A DNA stretch of 64,000 nt from an uncultured Planctomycetaceae bacterium (GCA_964385715.1 CAYLRE010000001.1:1672-65671), one strand, 5' to 3'. Shown: positions 36,606 through 46,319, numbered from the stretch's first letter. The notes: a model not told the origin generated them from the letters alone. Translations and numbers: made by a program.

Positions 36606-37709
36606 CTACTCGCCCAACTTCTCTAGTCGCTGCTTCGCTTCTTTGGCCGCGTAGGAATCGGGGTAACCGGCGACCAATTCACGTAGCACTCGCGTGGCCT
36701 CTTCCTTCTGCCCGATCGAAGAGAGCGAGCTTCCGGCGTAGAGCAGAGCCTCGGCTGCGATGTCCTTTTGACGAGGGAACAAGATCGGCACCCGCATCAT
36801 GGTAAGTGCGGCAGCCTGATGCTGCTTCCGCACCGCCTGCCCCCGCCCCACAACAAAATAGGGTCCCGACCGCAGTCGCTCCGGCAGCTTCTCAATCGTG
36901 CGTGCCCAACGCTTTACATCGTCGTCGGTCGCGGTCGGAATCTGTGTCTGCCAAAGTTGGCAACTCGCCAGCAGTGCAATCTCCGTGTCGCTCCCCTTGG
37001 CCAGCTTTCGCAAGATGGCGAGTGCCTGTTCGCGACTCGGCGAACGCTTCATGTGACTAGCGGCCAATAGTTGCACCGACGCGCGATCGGAATCTTCCAA
37101 CCAACCTTTGGCAACACGCTCCGCTACGCTGGCGGACGAAGTCCAAGCGAGCGGCATCTTGTCCAGGAACACGCGATCGGCATCGCGACGGGCCAGGTTT
37201 ACAAACAGGTCGCCCGCTCGCTTGTAGTCGCCAAGAGCCTGGCGACATTCCATCGCCTTGGCCGTCAGCTGAGTTCGCACCCAAGCCCGCTTCTCTTTGT
37301 CGGCCCGCAAGGCGTTGCGATAGTAGAGTCGAGCCGCGGCAAAGTCCTCAAGCGCCGCCGCCTGATCGGCATCTTGATGCATCTTCGACTTGGGGTACTC
37401 GAATCGTACGACCTGGTCGACGGGAATCGTAATTTCGCGACCACCCAACGTGCGAAGCACCAGACCATTGTTGTCGTAGCTCTGAATCGTGCCTGCCCGA
37501 CGCGTTTCTTTGTCCGAACCGGCGTCCGCGTGATACCAGACGATGTCGTTGGCTATGCCAATCGACGCCGCAGCGGACAACAGCACAGCGAACAAGGCAA
37601 CAACCATCTTCGACCGCCAGCTGCCGCGACGTACTGTTCTATGGATAAGTCGGTGCATAGGTGAATGTGCCGTCTGGTACGCAACGACGAGCCTGTTGGC
37701 CAGCATCAT
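36606..37709 (-). CDS. TPR-like helical-repeat protein with N-terminal signal/anchor
   Basis: The product is 367 aa and contains KMVVALFAVLLSAAASIGIA. The C-terminus (ALLYAGSSLSSIGQKEEATRVLRELVAGYPDSYAAKEAKQRL) is TPR-like. Its start overlaps the vWA gene's stop by 4 nt. Confidence 0.55.
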   Translation of the reverse strand: MMLANRLVVAYQTAHSPMHRLIHRTVRRGSWRSKMVVALFAVLLSAAASIGIANDIVWYHADAGSDKETRRAGTIQSYDNNGLVLRTLGGREITIPVDQVVRFEYPKSKMHQDADQAAALEDFAAARLYYRNALRADKEKRAWVRTQLTAKAMECRQALGDYKRAGDLFVNLARRDADRVFLDKMPLAWTSSASVAERVAKGWLEDSDRASVQLLAASHMKRSPSREQALAILRKLAKGSDTEIALLASCQLWQTQIPTATDDDVKRWARTIEKLPERLRSGPYFVVGRGQAVRKQHQAAALTMMRVPILFPRQKDIAAEALLYAGSSLSSIGQKEEATRVLRELVAGYPDSYAAKEAKQRLEKLGE

Positions 37710-38692
37710 GGCAGCAGCCGATTGGTGTGGAAGAAGTTGTAGCGACCGCGATTCTTACTGGCCAACTGCTTGAGCCAATTATTGCCAACCGGGGCGGCCC
37801 CGTCGCCGAACTGAATGACATGAATCGACGCCGAGCCGCGATTGGAACGGGTCACGCGGCGCAACTCGCTTGGCTCCAGCGGTGGAAAGTCACCATCGGT
37901 CAAGAAGAAAATCACATCCGGTTGCATCCGCGTAGCAATCATCAAGGCTGGCTCGTGCCGAGTCGTGTTGGCCGCCTCGATCTTCTCAATATAGTCGCGG
38001 GCAGCCTTCTTATTCAGTTCCGTGGCAAAGACCAATCTGCCCTGGGCACCAGTCGGCGAAAAGATCGTCGGCGTGCTGTTGTAAAAGATGATTTGAAACT
38101 GGTGTGTTCGTTCCAGGCTCTCCAGACTCGCAAGCAGTTCACGTTTGGCCGCCTTGAGCCGTTGTCCACTCATGCTGGTCGACGAGTCGAACACGTAAAC
38201 GAACTTGAAGCCTTCACCCGGCAGCCCGAACACCTCGGTCCGTGCGGCTCCCCCTTCTAGATTGCGCTGGCCAGGGCCTTTTCCAGAAATATCGACATTG
38301 CCACCGCCGGCCGCGGCGTCGGTCGCCGCCGGACCGATGCCGGCATCTCGCGATGGCAAGAAGTCGGTCGGATCGATGGGCGACTGATTGTCACTCGGCA
38401 GTGCTTCAACGACCGCCGTCATCGCGGTACTGTCGGCAGACTCGGCCGCTTGATCGGCATTGTCGAGCGGGCCTTCAAAGGAACGTCCCTGGGGCGAATT
38501 CCGCTTTAATACGATTCCAGTCGTGCGGGCCGGCTCTTCAACCACGCCTGGCACCTGTGTGCCGATCGCCAAGGCGAGCACGATCAGGATACCCGCGTGC
38601 AAGATCATCGACCCCAACCAAGCCGGCAGACGGCGCCGACCGCTGGCGTCGTTTTCCTGCCACTCGCGAATTTCGGCGTCGAGATCGGACAT
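37706..38692 (-). CDS. membrane-anchored von Willebrand factor A (vWA) domain protein with TonB-like SxxxH anchor helix
   Basis: The N-terminal helix is LPAWLGSMILHAGILIVLALAIG, followed by a Pro/Ala-rich linker. The vWA MIDAS context is FVYVFDSSTSMSG...IIFYNS...FFLTDG. Confidence 0.7.
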   Translation of the reverse strand: MSDLDAEIREWQENDASGRRRLPAWLGSMILHAGILIVLALAIGTQVPGVVEEPARTTGIVLKRNSPQGRSFEGPLDNADQAAESADSTAMTAVVEALPSDNQSPIDPTDFLPSRDAGIGPAATDAAAGGGNVDISGKGPGQRNLEGGAARTEVFGLPGEGFKFVYVFDSSTSMSGQRLKAAKRELLASLESLERTHQFQIIFYNSTPTIFSPTGAQGRLVFATELNKKAARDYIEKIEAANTTRHEPALMIATRMQPDVIFFLTDGDFPPLEPSELRRVTRSNRGSASIHVIQFGDGAAPVGNNWLKQLASKNRGRYNFFHTNRLLP

Positions 38693-38968
38693 CGGCTAAC
38701 AACAGAGGTACGAGAAATGGAACCGCTTACTAGGAACACGACCGCTCGCGCCGGGAATTCTATGACTGGTCCATCCACCAATCAACAGCGAGACCGAGAC
38801 AGCCATCGGGAAATGCCGCCGAAGGTCGGCGAAAGGTCGACTTCCGATAGTATCGGCCTTTTGGCCGCCCGGCCCCACTACAAGGGAGCACAAAACGGGA
38901 CGCCTCGCCTCTCAGAACAACTACCTCCGCTTGCCTGGCCCCCTGCTGCCGTAAAATCCCCGCTGCTC

Positions 38969-38974
38969 TATAAT
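38969..38974 (+). promoter_or_regulatory. perfect TATAAT hexamer upstream of def-fmt (candidate -10 box)
   Basis: The context is gctgctcTATAATcgcgg, 50-130 nt upstream of the possible def starts. There is no convincing -35 element. Confidence 0.2.
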
Positions 38975-39022
38975 CGCGGTTTGGCCACGGCTGCCTGACT
39001 TGCGGCTAGTCAACAACAGCCT

Positions 39023-39685
39023 GTGGTCGCCCTTGGTACGTTCCCCCCTGATGCGTCAAAGTTCGACGCCACGATTTCCCGATCGGAAAAAAGGCCTGAA
39101 ACGTTGAAGATCATCGACTATCCCCATCCGACACTGCGACACAAGAGTAAGCCGATCCGTCGGGTCGATGCCGAACTGCGTGGTATGATCGCCGAAATGT
39201 TCGAGCTGATGTACGAAGCCAACGGGATCGGTCTGGCGGCGAATCAGGTCGACCTGCCGCTTCGTTTCTTCGTAGTCAATCCAGAAGGTCGCGATGGCGA
39301 TCGCTCTCAAGAGCGAGTCTTCATTAACCCGGTATTGGAACGTCCCAAGGGAAGCTCTGAGGCAGAAGAAGGTTGCTTAAGCCTGCCGCAGCTCTACGCC
39401 CAGGTGAAACGGCCCAAGACCGTGGTCTGCACCGCCTACAATTTACAAGGCGAACAAACGACCGAGGAACTCGACGGGCTCCTCTCGCGCGTTGTTCAGC
39501 ATGAGACCGATCACCTCGACGGCATCATGTTTATCGATCGCATTAGCGAAACCGAAGCACTCGCCAATCAGGTGGCGATTCACAACTTCGAAGTCACATT
39601 CGCCGACGCACAACAGCGAGGTGAGATTCTTAGCGACGAAAAGATCGCTGCACGCCTGGCCGAAATAGAAGCGAAGTACTGCTAG
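39023..39685 (+). CDS. def: peptide deformylase
   Basis: GIGLAANQV, EGCLSLP and QHETDHLDG are present. The likely true start is the TTG at 39104 (M-KIIDYPHPTLR). Confidence 0.9.
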   Translation: MVALGTFPPDASKFDATISRSEKRPETLKIIDYPHPTLRHKSKPIRRVDAELRGMIAEMFELMYEANGIGLAANQVDLPLRFFVVNPEGRDGDRSQERVFINPVLERPKGSSEAEEGCLSLPQLYAQVKRPKTVVCTAYNLQGEQTTEELDGLLSRVVQHETDHLDGIMFIDRISETEALANQVAIHNFEVTFADAQQRGEILSDEKIAARLAEIEAKYC

Positions 39686-39754
39686 GGCATTCCGCGGCGA
39701 ACCGCTTCACGCCGATAGTACGCAACGCCACGAATTCCGCGAACAAAGGTTGTT

Positions 39755-40720
39755 ATGCGTTTGATCATGATGGGCACGGGCGGATACGCGGTGCCAACAT
39801 TCGAAGCACTCATCGAGTCATCGCACGATGTCGCTGCGCTCGTGACCAAACCGGCACCGGAAACGAAACGCCGCCGTTCCGCCCCCCGCAATCCAATGCG
39901 AGAAGCCGGCCAGGCCCACGATTTGCCGATCTTCGATCCCGTCAGCATCAACTCACCAGAAGGTCTTGAACTGCTCACGGACCTGGCCGCCGATCTGTTC
40001 ATCGTCTGCGACTATGGTCAGATCCTCTCACCCGAGGCGCTCGCCTTGGCCAAACATGGCGGAATCAACCTGCATGCTTCGCTACTGCCGAAGTATCGTG
40101 GTGCAGCGCCGATCAATTGGGCGCTCTTCAACGGCGACACCGAGACGGGCAACACCGTTCTGCACATGACCCCGCAGATCGACGCCGGTCCCTGCGTGGC
40201 CCAACAACGCGTCACGATCGGCGCGGAGGAAGACGCCATTGAGCTGGAAGAAAGACTCGCCGCGATCGGTGCCCCACTCGTGCTGCAAGTGGTTGATGCC
40301 ATCGAGGCGGGCAACATGCAACCGATCGTTCAGGATCGCGAGCAAGTAACCCGTGCTCCGCGCCTGAAGAAAAGCGACGGCCTGGTCGACTGGTCCCGCT
40401 CGGCTGAGCAGATCGTCAACCAGATTCGGGCCATGCAGCCGTGGCCAGGCACCGCCACCAACTGGCAGCGAACCGACAAAGAACCGCTGCGGCTGATGCT
40501 GCAAAAGGCCCACGCCCTTTCGGCCGACGAAACGGCCGCCATGGAAAACGCAGTTGCCGCCGAGCCTGGCACGGTCGTCACGTCCAACGATCGATTCGTG
40601 GTGGCGACGGGCGAAGGGCTGTTGGCCATCGACGAGCTGAAGCCAGCTGGCAAGCGAGTGCTATCGTCGGCCGAGTTCTTACGTGGCAACCCGGTGCCGG
40701 TCGGGGATCGACTGGCGTAG
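39755..40720 (+). CDS. fmt: methionyl-tRNA formyltransferase
   Basis: The sequence is MRLIMMGTGGYAVPTFEAL...INLHASLLPKYRGAAPINWAL... Confidence 0.9.
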   Translation: MRLIMMGTGGYAVPTFEALIESSHDVAALVTKPAPETKRRRSAPRNPMREAGQAHDLPIFDPVSINSPEGLELLTDLAADLFIVCDYGQILSPEALALAKHGGINLHASLLPKYRGAAPINWALFNGDTETGNTVLHMTPQIDAGPCVAQQRVTIGAEEDAIELEERLAAIGAPLVLQVVDAIEAGNMQPIVQDREQVTRAPRLKKSDGLVDWSRSAEQIVNQIRAMQPWPGTATNWQRTDKEPLRLMLQKAHALSADETAAMENAVAAEPGTVVTSNDRFVVATGEGLLAIDELKPAGKRVLSSAEFLRGNPVPVGDRLA

Positions 40721-40864
40721 AGGGTAACCTTCGGCCGTTTTCGTCGACGTCTAGCGGCCGAACTCCGGTGGCGGTAATCCCACCTCCCGTGGTAAGATGT
40801 GCCCCCTGACGTGACCGCACTGGCCGCGTCGACTTGGACCGGTGATCAAGGAGGTTTGCCGGAA

Positions 40865-41071
40865 ATGTGGGATCGCTGGGACGTCTTGTTGCTTGTCATC
40901 GCCGGCTACGTGGCCGTGATGTCGCTCGTTCGGCTAATGTCGACGCGACGTCGTGAGTTGGCCGCGAAGTTTCGCGCCCAGATGCAGGCCGAGCGCCAAC
41001 GCGTGGCCGCTGAGGTCGCTCGCAAGAAACGGGCCGAAATAATGGCGGCCCAGCGCGACAAGGTCGCTTAG
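40865..41071 (+). CDS. small single-pass membrane protein with basic coiled-coil tail (hypothetical)
   Basis: The sequence is MWDRWDVLLLVIAGYVAVMSLVRLMSTRRRELAAKFRAQMQAERQR... I use the internal ATG of ORF 40799-41071. Confidence 0.4.
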   Translation: MWDRWDVLLLVIAGYVAVMSLVRLMSTRRRELAAKFRAQMQAERQRVAAEVARKKRAEIMAAQRDKVA

Positions 41072-41195
41072 GCGAGCGTGCCTGTCGAGACGCCCTACGG
41101 AGCGACTCGCCGCGTTCGACAGATTGCCGCGAAACGTTGCCACTCGATTCCCGTTGCCTCCTTACCGAATTCACCGCTAACGTCCACCGCCGCGC

Positions 41196-42695
41196 ATGTC
41201 TGAAGCTTCGTCCCCACAAGAAACGGCTACCTCCTCGCCAGCGACCGTGCCTGCTAGTGCAACCGATGGCAGCGGCGCAAAAAAGTCGCTCTACATCGAG
41301 ACGGTCGGCTGCCAGATGAACATGCTCGACAGCGAACTGGTTGTCGCCTCGTTGCGTCGACAAGGTTACGAGCTGGTCGATTCCGCCAAAAAAGCTGGCA
41401 CGATCTTGTTCAACACCTGTAGCGTGCGAGAACACGCGGAAGAGAAAATCTACAGTGCGCTCGGGCGGCTCAAGCACGCCAAAAGGCACAACCCCGACAA
41501 GGTCATCGGGGTGCTCGGCTGCATGGCCCAAAACCACCAGAAGACGGTTTTTGACCGGGCCCCTTATGTCGATCTCGTCGTCGGGCCGGGGCAATTGCAT
41601 CAGGTGCCACAACTGATCGAAAAGATTCGTTCCGGCAGCGGACAACAACTCGAAGTCAGCTTGGAACGCCAAGGCGGCGCTCGCGACGTCGTCGCCGACA
41701 GCTTCGAAAGTTTCGACCCGATGCGGTCGCCGGAGATGCGACCATCGCCCTATCAAGCATTCGTGCGGATTCAGATTGGCTGCGACAAGTTCTGCACCTA
41801 CTGCATCGTGCCCAAGGTTCGCGGCCCCGAACAAGGACGGCACCCGCGAGAGATCATCGCCGAGGCGGAACAGCTGGCCAACGAAGGTTGCCGCGAGGTA
41901 ACGCTGCTCGGCCAGACGGTGAACAGCTACAAGTTCCAAGATGGCGAGAAGACCTGGCGGCTCTCCGATCTGCTTTACCGGCTCAGCGATATCGAAGGAC
42001 TCGACCGGCTGAAATTCGTAACCAGCTATCCCCGCGACATGACCGACGACTTGCTCGACGCGGTGCGAACCTTGCCCAAGGCTTCGCACTACCTGCACGT
42101 CCCGGCTCAAAGTGGTTCGGACGAGATCCTCAAGCGGATGAAACGGGGTTACACCGTTGGCGAATACCGCGACATGATGGCCCGCATTCGAGAAGCGATT
42201 CCAGACGCGGCCGTGACGAGCGACTTTATCGTCGGCTTCTGCGGTGAAACCGACGAGGACTTCCAGAAAACGGTCGACCTGGTCAAAGAGTGTCGCTTCA
42301 AGAACAGCTTCATCTTCAAATACAGTGTCCGCCCCGGCACCAAAGGCGCTGAGCGACTGGCCGACGACGTACCCGAGGCGGTCAAGAAACAGCGCAACAA
42401 CGAGCTGCTGGCAATCCAGAACGCGATCTGCGAAGAAGACAACGAGAAGCGAATCGGCTCGCAGTTCCAAATCCTGGTCGAAGGGCTCAGCAAAGCGGCC
42501 GCCAAAGCGGGCGACGATTCACCCAAGGTGCAGCTCACGGGCCGCGACAACTGGGATCGCATTGTCGTCTTCGAGGGCAACCGCCGCCTGATCGGGCGCA
42601 TGGTCGACGTCACCATCTACGACGCCAACGCCCACACGCTGTTCGGCGAGGTCGTAACCGATCACGTCACGCCCGAGGTCTACTCACTGTCGTAG
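41196..42695 (+). CDS. miaB: tRNA-i6A37 methylthiotransferase MiaB
   Basis: The UPF0004 N-terminal domain is LYIETVGCQMNMLDSE. The radical SAM motif is IQIGCDKFCTYCIVP, and a TRAM domain forms the C-terminus. Confidence 0.9.
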   Translation: MSEASSPQETATSSPATVPASATDGSGAKKSLYIETVGCQMNMLDSELVVASLRRQGYELVDSAKKAGTILFNTCSVREHAEEKIYSALGRLKHAKRHNPDKVIGVLGCMAQNHQKTVFDRAPYVDLVVGPGQLHQVPQLIEKIRSGSGQQLEVSLERQGGARDVVADSFESFDPMRSPEMRPSPYQAFVRIQIGCDKFCTYCIVPKVRGPEQGRHPREIIAEAEQLANEGCREVTLLGQTVNSYKFQDGEKTWRLSDLLYRLSDIEGLDRLKFVTSYPRDMTDDLLDAVRTLPKASHYLHVPAQSGSDEILKRMKRGYTVGEYRDMMARIREAIPDAAVTSDFIVGFCGETDEDFQKTVDLVKECRFKNSFIFKYSVRPGTKGAERLADDVPEAVKKQRNNELLAIQNAICEEDNEKRIGSQFQILVEGLSKAAAKAGDDSPKVQLTGRDNWDRIVVFEGNRRLIGRMVDVTIYDANAHTLFGEVVTDHVTPEVYSLS

Positions 42696-42811
42696 ACGCG
42701 CGCGTCGACTCGCTCCTTCGCCACCGATTCTCCCCTCGCAACAGAGAGAGTGTGCGAATCTGGGTCGCCGGGGCGCGTGACTTCTTGAGATAGCCACTCC
42801 GTCTGCCTACG

Positions 42812-45800
42812 ATGGCGTGTATGGATTCTACGTTGGAACAGCTGCGCACGCGTCTGGAAGATCCGAGCGAGGGAGCCCGTTGGCTTGAATCGATCGGGGT
42901 CAGCGATGGCGTGCGCGGCCAGGCCAATCTGGCGGCGATTGCCTCGGCCGGCTTGTCACTCGACTTGATGTCGATCATCTGCCAGCAGCTGGCCGAGTAC
43001 CTTCCATCCTCGAGCGATCCCGATCGGGCGCTGAACAACTTGGAGCGATTCGTCGTCTCCGCCCGCAATCCGCTCTCGCTGGCGTCGCTGTTTGAGCGCG
43101 ATGCCGAAGCCCTGCCCCAGTTGTTACAAATCTTCGCCACGAGTCAGGCCCTCTCCGACGTCTTGGTCTCCGACCACGAGAGTTACGACCTGCTGCGAAT
43201 GACCGGCGGTCAACCGTCGGCCCGTGACGCCTTGGTCGAAGAAGTGACCAGCGAAGTTCTGGCACTCGGCGAACCGGCAGCGATCTCGGCCGCCCTGCGA
43301 AGATTCAAGCGCCGTGAGACGCTGCGAATTGCCTACGGCGATATCATCGCGCAGCAGAGGCTCGATACCGTCACCAGGCAAATCAGCTATCTGGCCGACG
43401 CCTTGGTCGAGGCGGCCGTGCGCGTCGCCTGGAGCCGATTGGAAGAAAAACATGGCGTCCCCTGCGACAACGAAGGACGCATCGTCAGCTTCGTGGTCAT
43501 GGCGATGGGCAAACTCGGTGGCGAAGAGCTCAACTACTCCAGCGACATCGACTTGATCTGTCTCTACGATCGCGACGGCAAGACCGACGGTCGCCGTTCG
43601 CAGAGCAATGCCGAGTTCTTTGCCGCCTTGGTTCGCGACATGGTCAAGCTGTTGACCGAAGCGACTGAGATGGGAACCGTCTATCGTGTTGACCTGCGAC
43701 TTCGCCCCGAAGGTTCACGCGGCCCCGTGGCGATGAGCCTGGAGAGTGCACTGAGCTACTACGACATTCGCGGTCGCACCTGGGAACGCCAAGCGATGAT
43801 CAAGGCTCGTCCCGCCGCCGGCAACCTGGCGCTAGGCCGCGAGTTTCTCGAACGTCTCGCTCCTTGGATCTACCGCAAGTATCTCGGCCTGGCCGACATC
43901 ACCGGGATCAAGGCGCTCAAGCGCCGCATCGAACAACGGACGCTTCGCGAAGGGGGCGACGAGCTCGATGTCAAAACGGGCCACGGCGGCATTCGCGATA
44001 TCGAGTTCGCTATCCAGTTCTTGCAACTCTTGCACGGCAGCGATCTGCCGGAAGTCCGCACGCCCAACACCCTCGAGGCAATGACCCGGCTCGAACATGT
44101 CGGTTCGCTCACGCACCAAGAGTGGACGCTGCTCAACGAAAACTACCGCTTCCTCCGTAAGCTCGAACACCGCCTGCAAATCATGTTCGATCTGCAAACG
44201 CATACGATGCCGAAAGACGACGAGGAAGTTCGCCGCCTGGCAATTCGCATGGGCTACAGCGACACGAGCGATGCCTCGGGCAAGGAGCTTTCGGCCCAAG
44301 ATGCATTCCGCGCCGACTACCGCCAGAAGACGCAGCAAAATCGAAAGGTGCTCGACCACCTGCTGCACGATGCCTTTGGCGATGATGCCCCGGCCGAACC
44401 GGAAGTCGACCTGGTGCTCGACCCGGAGCCGCCGGTAGAACGAATTGAAGAGGTGCTCGGCAAGTACGGCTTCGAGGATGTGCCGGCCGCGTACCGCAAT
44501 CTGATGGATCTTTCCGAAGAGAAGATCCGCTTCCTGTCGACGCGGCGCTGCCGTATGTTCTTGGCGGCCATCGCTCCGCAACTGTTGAAGGCGATCGCCT
44601 CCAGACCCGATCCCGACGCCACGCTGTTGAACCTTTGCAAAGTGAGCGACTCCCTCGGCGGCAAAGGCGTGTTGTGGGAATTGTTCAGCGCCAACGAACC
44701 GTCGCTGCAACTCTATGTCGGTCTGTGTGCTTCCAGTCCGATGCTCTCCAACGTGTTGGTCAGCAATCCCGGCATGATCGACGAGCTGATGGACAGCCTC
44801 GTGCTCGATCGCCTGCCTGGCCTTTCCTGGATGCAGCAACAACTCGTCGAACTTTGCTACGCGGCGGAAGATGTCGAGCCGATCCTGCACAGTTTCAAGA
44901 GTGCCAAGCAGCTACGCGTCGGCGTTCGTGACATCCTCGGCAAGGAAGACATTCAGGCGACCACCGGAGCCTTGTCGGACATCGCTCAGGCTTGCTTGCG
45001 ATTGATCACAGAGATGGAGTATCAGAAGCTGGCCAAGCGGCTCGGCGAACCGATTGTCGCGCTCGGTCCGCGGGCCGGGCATGTGAGCGAGTTTGTGATT
45101 CTGGCGATGGGCAAGTTCGGCGGCCGGGAGCTCAACTATCACAGCGACCTCGACATTGTGTTCCTATTCGAGGCCGAAGGGGGAACCGCCCATCGCATGA
45201 GCGGTCGCTCCGGCGAAGTGACTTCCAATCAACACTTCTTCGATGAACTGGGGCAACGAATCATCAAGATCGCCAGCCAACTCGGCCCCTACGGCCGACT
45301 GTACGAAGTCGACCCCAGGCTCCGACCGACGGGACGCAGCGGGGCACTCGCCACGAGCATGTCCGAATTCAATCGTTACTTTGCCGAAGGGGACGGTCAG
45401 CTGTGGGAACGGATGGCGCTGTGCCGCGCACGTCCGGTGCTTGGCAACGAACGTGCTCAGTTTCGCGTGAATGAGGCGGTCGCCACGGCCGCCTTCGATC
45501 ACGAATGGAAACGCGAGTATGCCGACGAGATTGCCGATATGCGAGGCCGGCTCGAAGACGCCGCCAGCAAGGGCAGCCTCAAACGGGGACGCGGCGGCAT
45601 CGTCGATATCGAGTTCATCGCCCAACTCTTGCAGCTGCAACATGGTCGAGAGCGACCGGAGTTGCGCGAGCCGAACACCGTGGCGGCACTCACGGCCCTG
45701 CACGAAGCTGGCCTGCTCGACGCGGAATCGCACGAGTCGCTCACCAGCAGCTACCGCTTCTTGCGAACGGTCGAGTCGCGGGTGCAGTTGATGAATCCAC

Positions 45801-45958
45801 TCGCCAGCGCGTCACTTCCCAGCGACGAAGCGGAGCTGGAAAAGCTGGCCCGGCTGTGCGATCTGGCATCGGCCGATGCCCTGCTGCAAGAATGCGAGCG
45901 ACGGTGCGAAAGTAACCGCCAGTACTTTGAGCGGTTCATCGCGGAAGCGCGGCGATAG
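42812..45958 (+). CDS. glnE: bifunctional glutamine synthetase adenylyltransferase/adenylyl-removing enzyme
   Basis: The product is 1048 aa with two nucleotidyltransferase halves: MGKLGGEELNYSSDIDLI and MGKFGGRELNYHSDLDIVF. Each half has a VDLRLRPEG / VDPRLRPTG block. Confidence 0.9.
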   Translation: MACMDSTLEQLRTRLEDPSEGARWLESIGVSDGVRGQANLAAIASAGLSLDLMSIICQQLAEYLPSSSDPDRALNNLERFVVSARNPLSLASLFERDAEALPQLLQIFATSQALSDVLVSDHESYDLLRMTGGQPSARDALVEEVTSEVLALGEPAAISAALRRFKRRETLRIAYGDIIAQQRLDTVTRQISYLADALVEAAVRVAWSRLEEKHGVPCDNEGRIVSFVVMAMGKLGGEELNYSSDIDLICLYDRDGKTDGRRSQSNAEFFAALVRDMVKLLTEATEMGTVYRVDLRLRPEGSRGPVAMSLESALSYYDIRGRTWERQAMIKARPAAGNLALGREFLERLAPWIYRKYLGLADITGIKALKRRIEQRTLREGGDELDVKTGHGGIRDIEFAIQFLQLLHGSDLPEVRTPNTLEAMTRLEHVGSLTHQEWTLLNENYRFLRKLEHRLQIMFDLQTHTMPKDDEEVRRLAIRMGYSDTSDASGKELSAQDAFRADYRQKTQQNRKVLDHLLHDAFGDDAPAEPEVDLVLDPEPPVERIEEVLGKYGFEDVPAAYRNLMDLSEEKIRFLSTRRCRMFLAAIAPQLLKAIASRPDPDATLLNLCKVSDSLGGKGVLWELFSANEPSLQLYVGLCASSPMLSNVLVSNPGMIDELMDSLVLDRLPGLSWMQQQLVELCYAAEDVEPILHSFKSAKQLRVGVRDILGKEDIQATTGALSDIAQACLRLITEMEYQKLAKRLGEPIVALGPRAGHVSEFVILAMGKFGGRELNYHSDLDIVFLFEAEGGTAHRMSGRSGEVTSNQHFFDELGQRIIKIASQLGPYGRLYEVDPRLRPTGRSGALATSMSEFNRYFAEGDGQLWERMALCRARPVLGNERAQFRVNEAVATAAFDHEWKREYADEIADMRGRLEDAASKGSLKRGRGGIVDIEFIAQLLQLQHGRERPELREPNTVAALTALHEAGLLDAESHESLTSSYRFLRTVESRVQLMNPLASASLPSDEAELEKLARLCDLASADALLQECERRCESNRQYFERFIAEARR

Positions 45959-45990
45959 TCGCGAAGAATATGGGGGGGGGCACCTGTCAT

Positions 45991-46143
45991 GCGTGAGCTG
46001 CAATGGGGTGCCACTGGCAGCTTGTCTTCCAGTGCTCGATATTCGCCGAATGCCCTGCGATCAATGGGAGGGCGAGGCTCCCGCCGAGCCGTGGTGGTGC
46101 CGCGAGTGGAGGTACTGCACCGATTCACCCAACACCGGTAGCA
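45991..46143. repeat. interspersed repeat modules (D-type CCAGTGGCAC word; A-type GGGAGGGCGAGGCTCCCGCCGAGCC ... CCGGTAGCA)
   Basis: GGGAGGGCGAGGCTCCCGCCGAGCC lies at 46066-46090 and CCGGTAGCA at 46135-46143. GGTGCCACTGG lies at about 45998-46016, with another copy at about 46276-46292. Related copies occur at 46972-47029 (minus) and 63541-63621. Confidence 0.75.
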
Positions 46144-46319
46144 AGCTGATGACAACTCGCAAGTGCATGTAGCAAGGCCGGCATGACGTTTGATCTCAAG
46201 AACCTCGACACCTCGGCGATCAGGCCGCCGCGAAAAATGGGCCAAAGCAAGACTGTTGTAGTTGCCGCTACCGCGATGGGTGCCACTGGTAGCGAATCGA
46301 CAAGACTTTTGGATTCTGG

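Noticed and set aside
40896-42470. A 524-aa minus-strand ORF.
   Set aside because: It is antisense to miaB and has no recognisable motifs. The same reasoning applies to these ORFs:
- 43832-44890 and 45164-45733, antisense to glnE.
- 61621-62748, antisense to top6B.
- 22334-23107, antisense to efp.
- 26281-27333, antisense to murJ.
- 6684-7667, antisense to rng.
- 12720-13679, antisense to the transporter.
- 17624-18598, antisense to the isomerase and methyltransferase.
- 4170-4940, antisense to the DAHP synthase.
- 32663-33526 and 32961-33821, off-frame or antisense within the TPR gene.
45991-46020. A sigma54 -24/-12-like sequence inside the CCAGTGGCAC repeat word. On the minus strand it reads TGGCAC-cccA-TTGCA.
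   Set aside because: The spacing between the GG and GC elements is one nucleotide short of the consensus TGGCAC-N5-TTGC. Other copies of the word (31376, 46284, 63614) lack the TTGC half. No gene is suitably positioned downstream.
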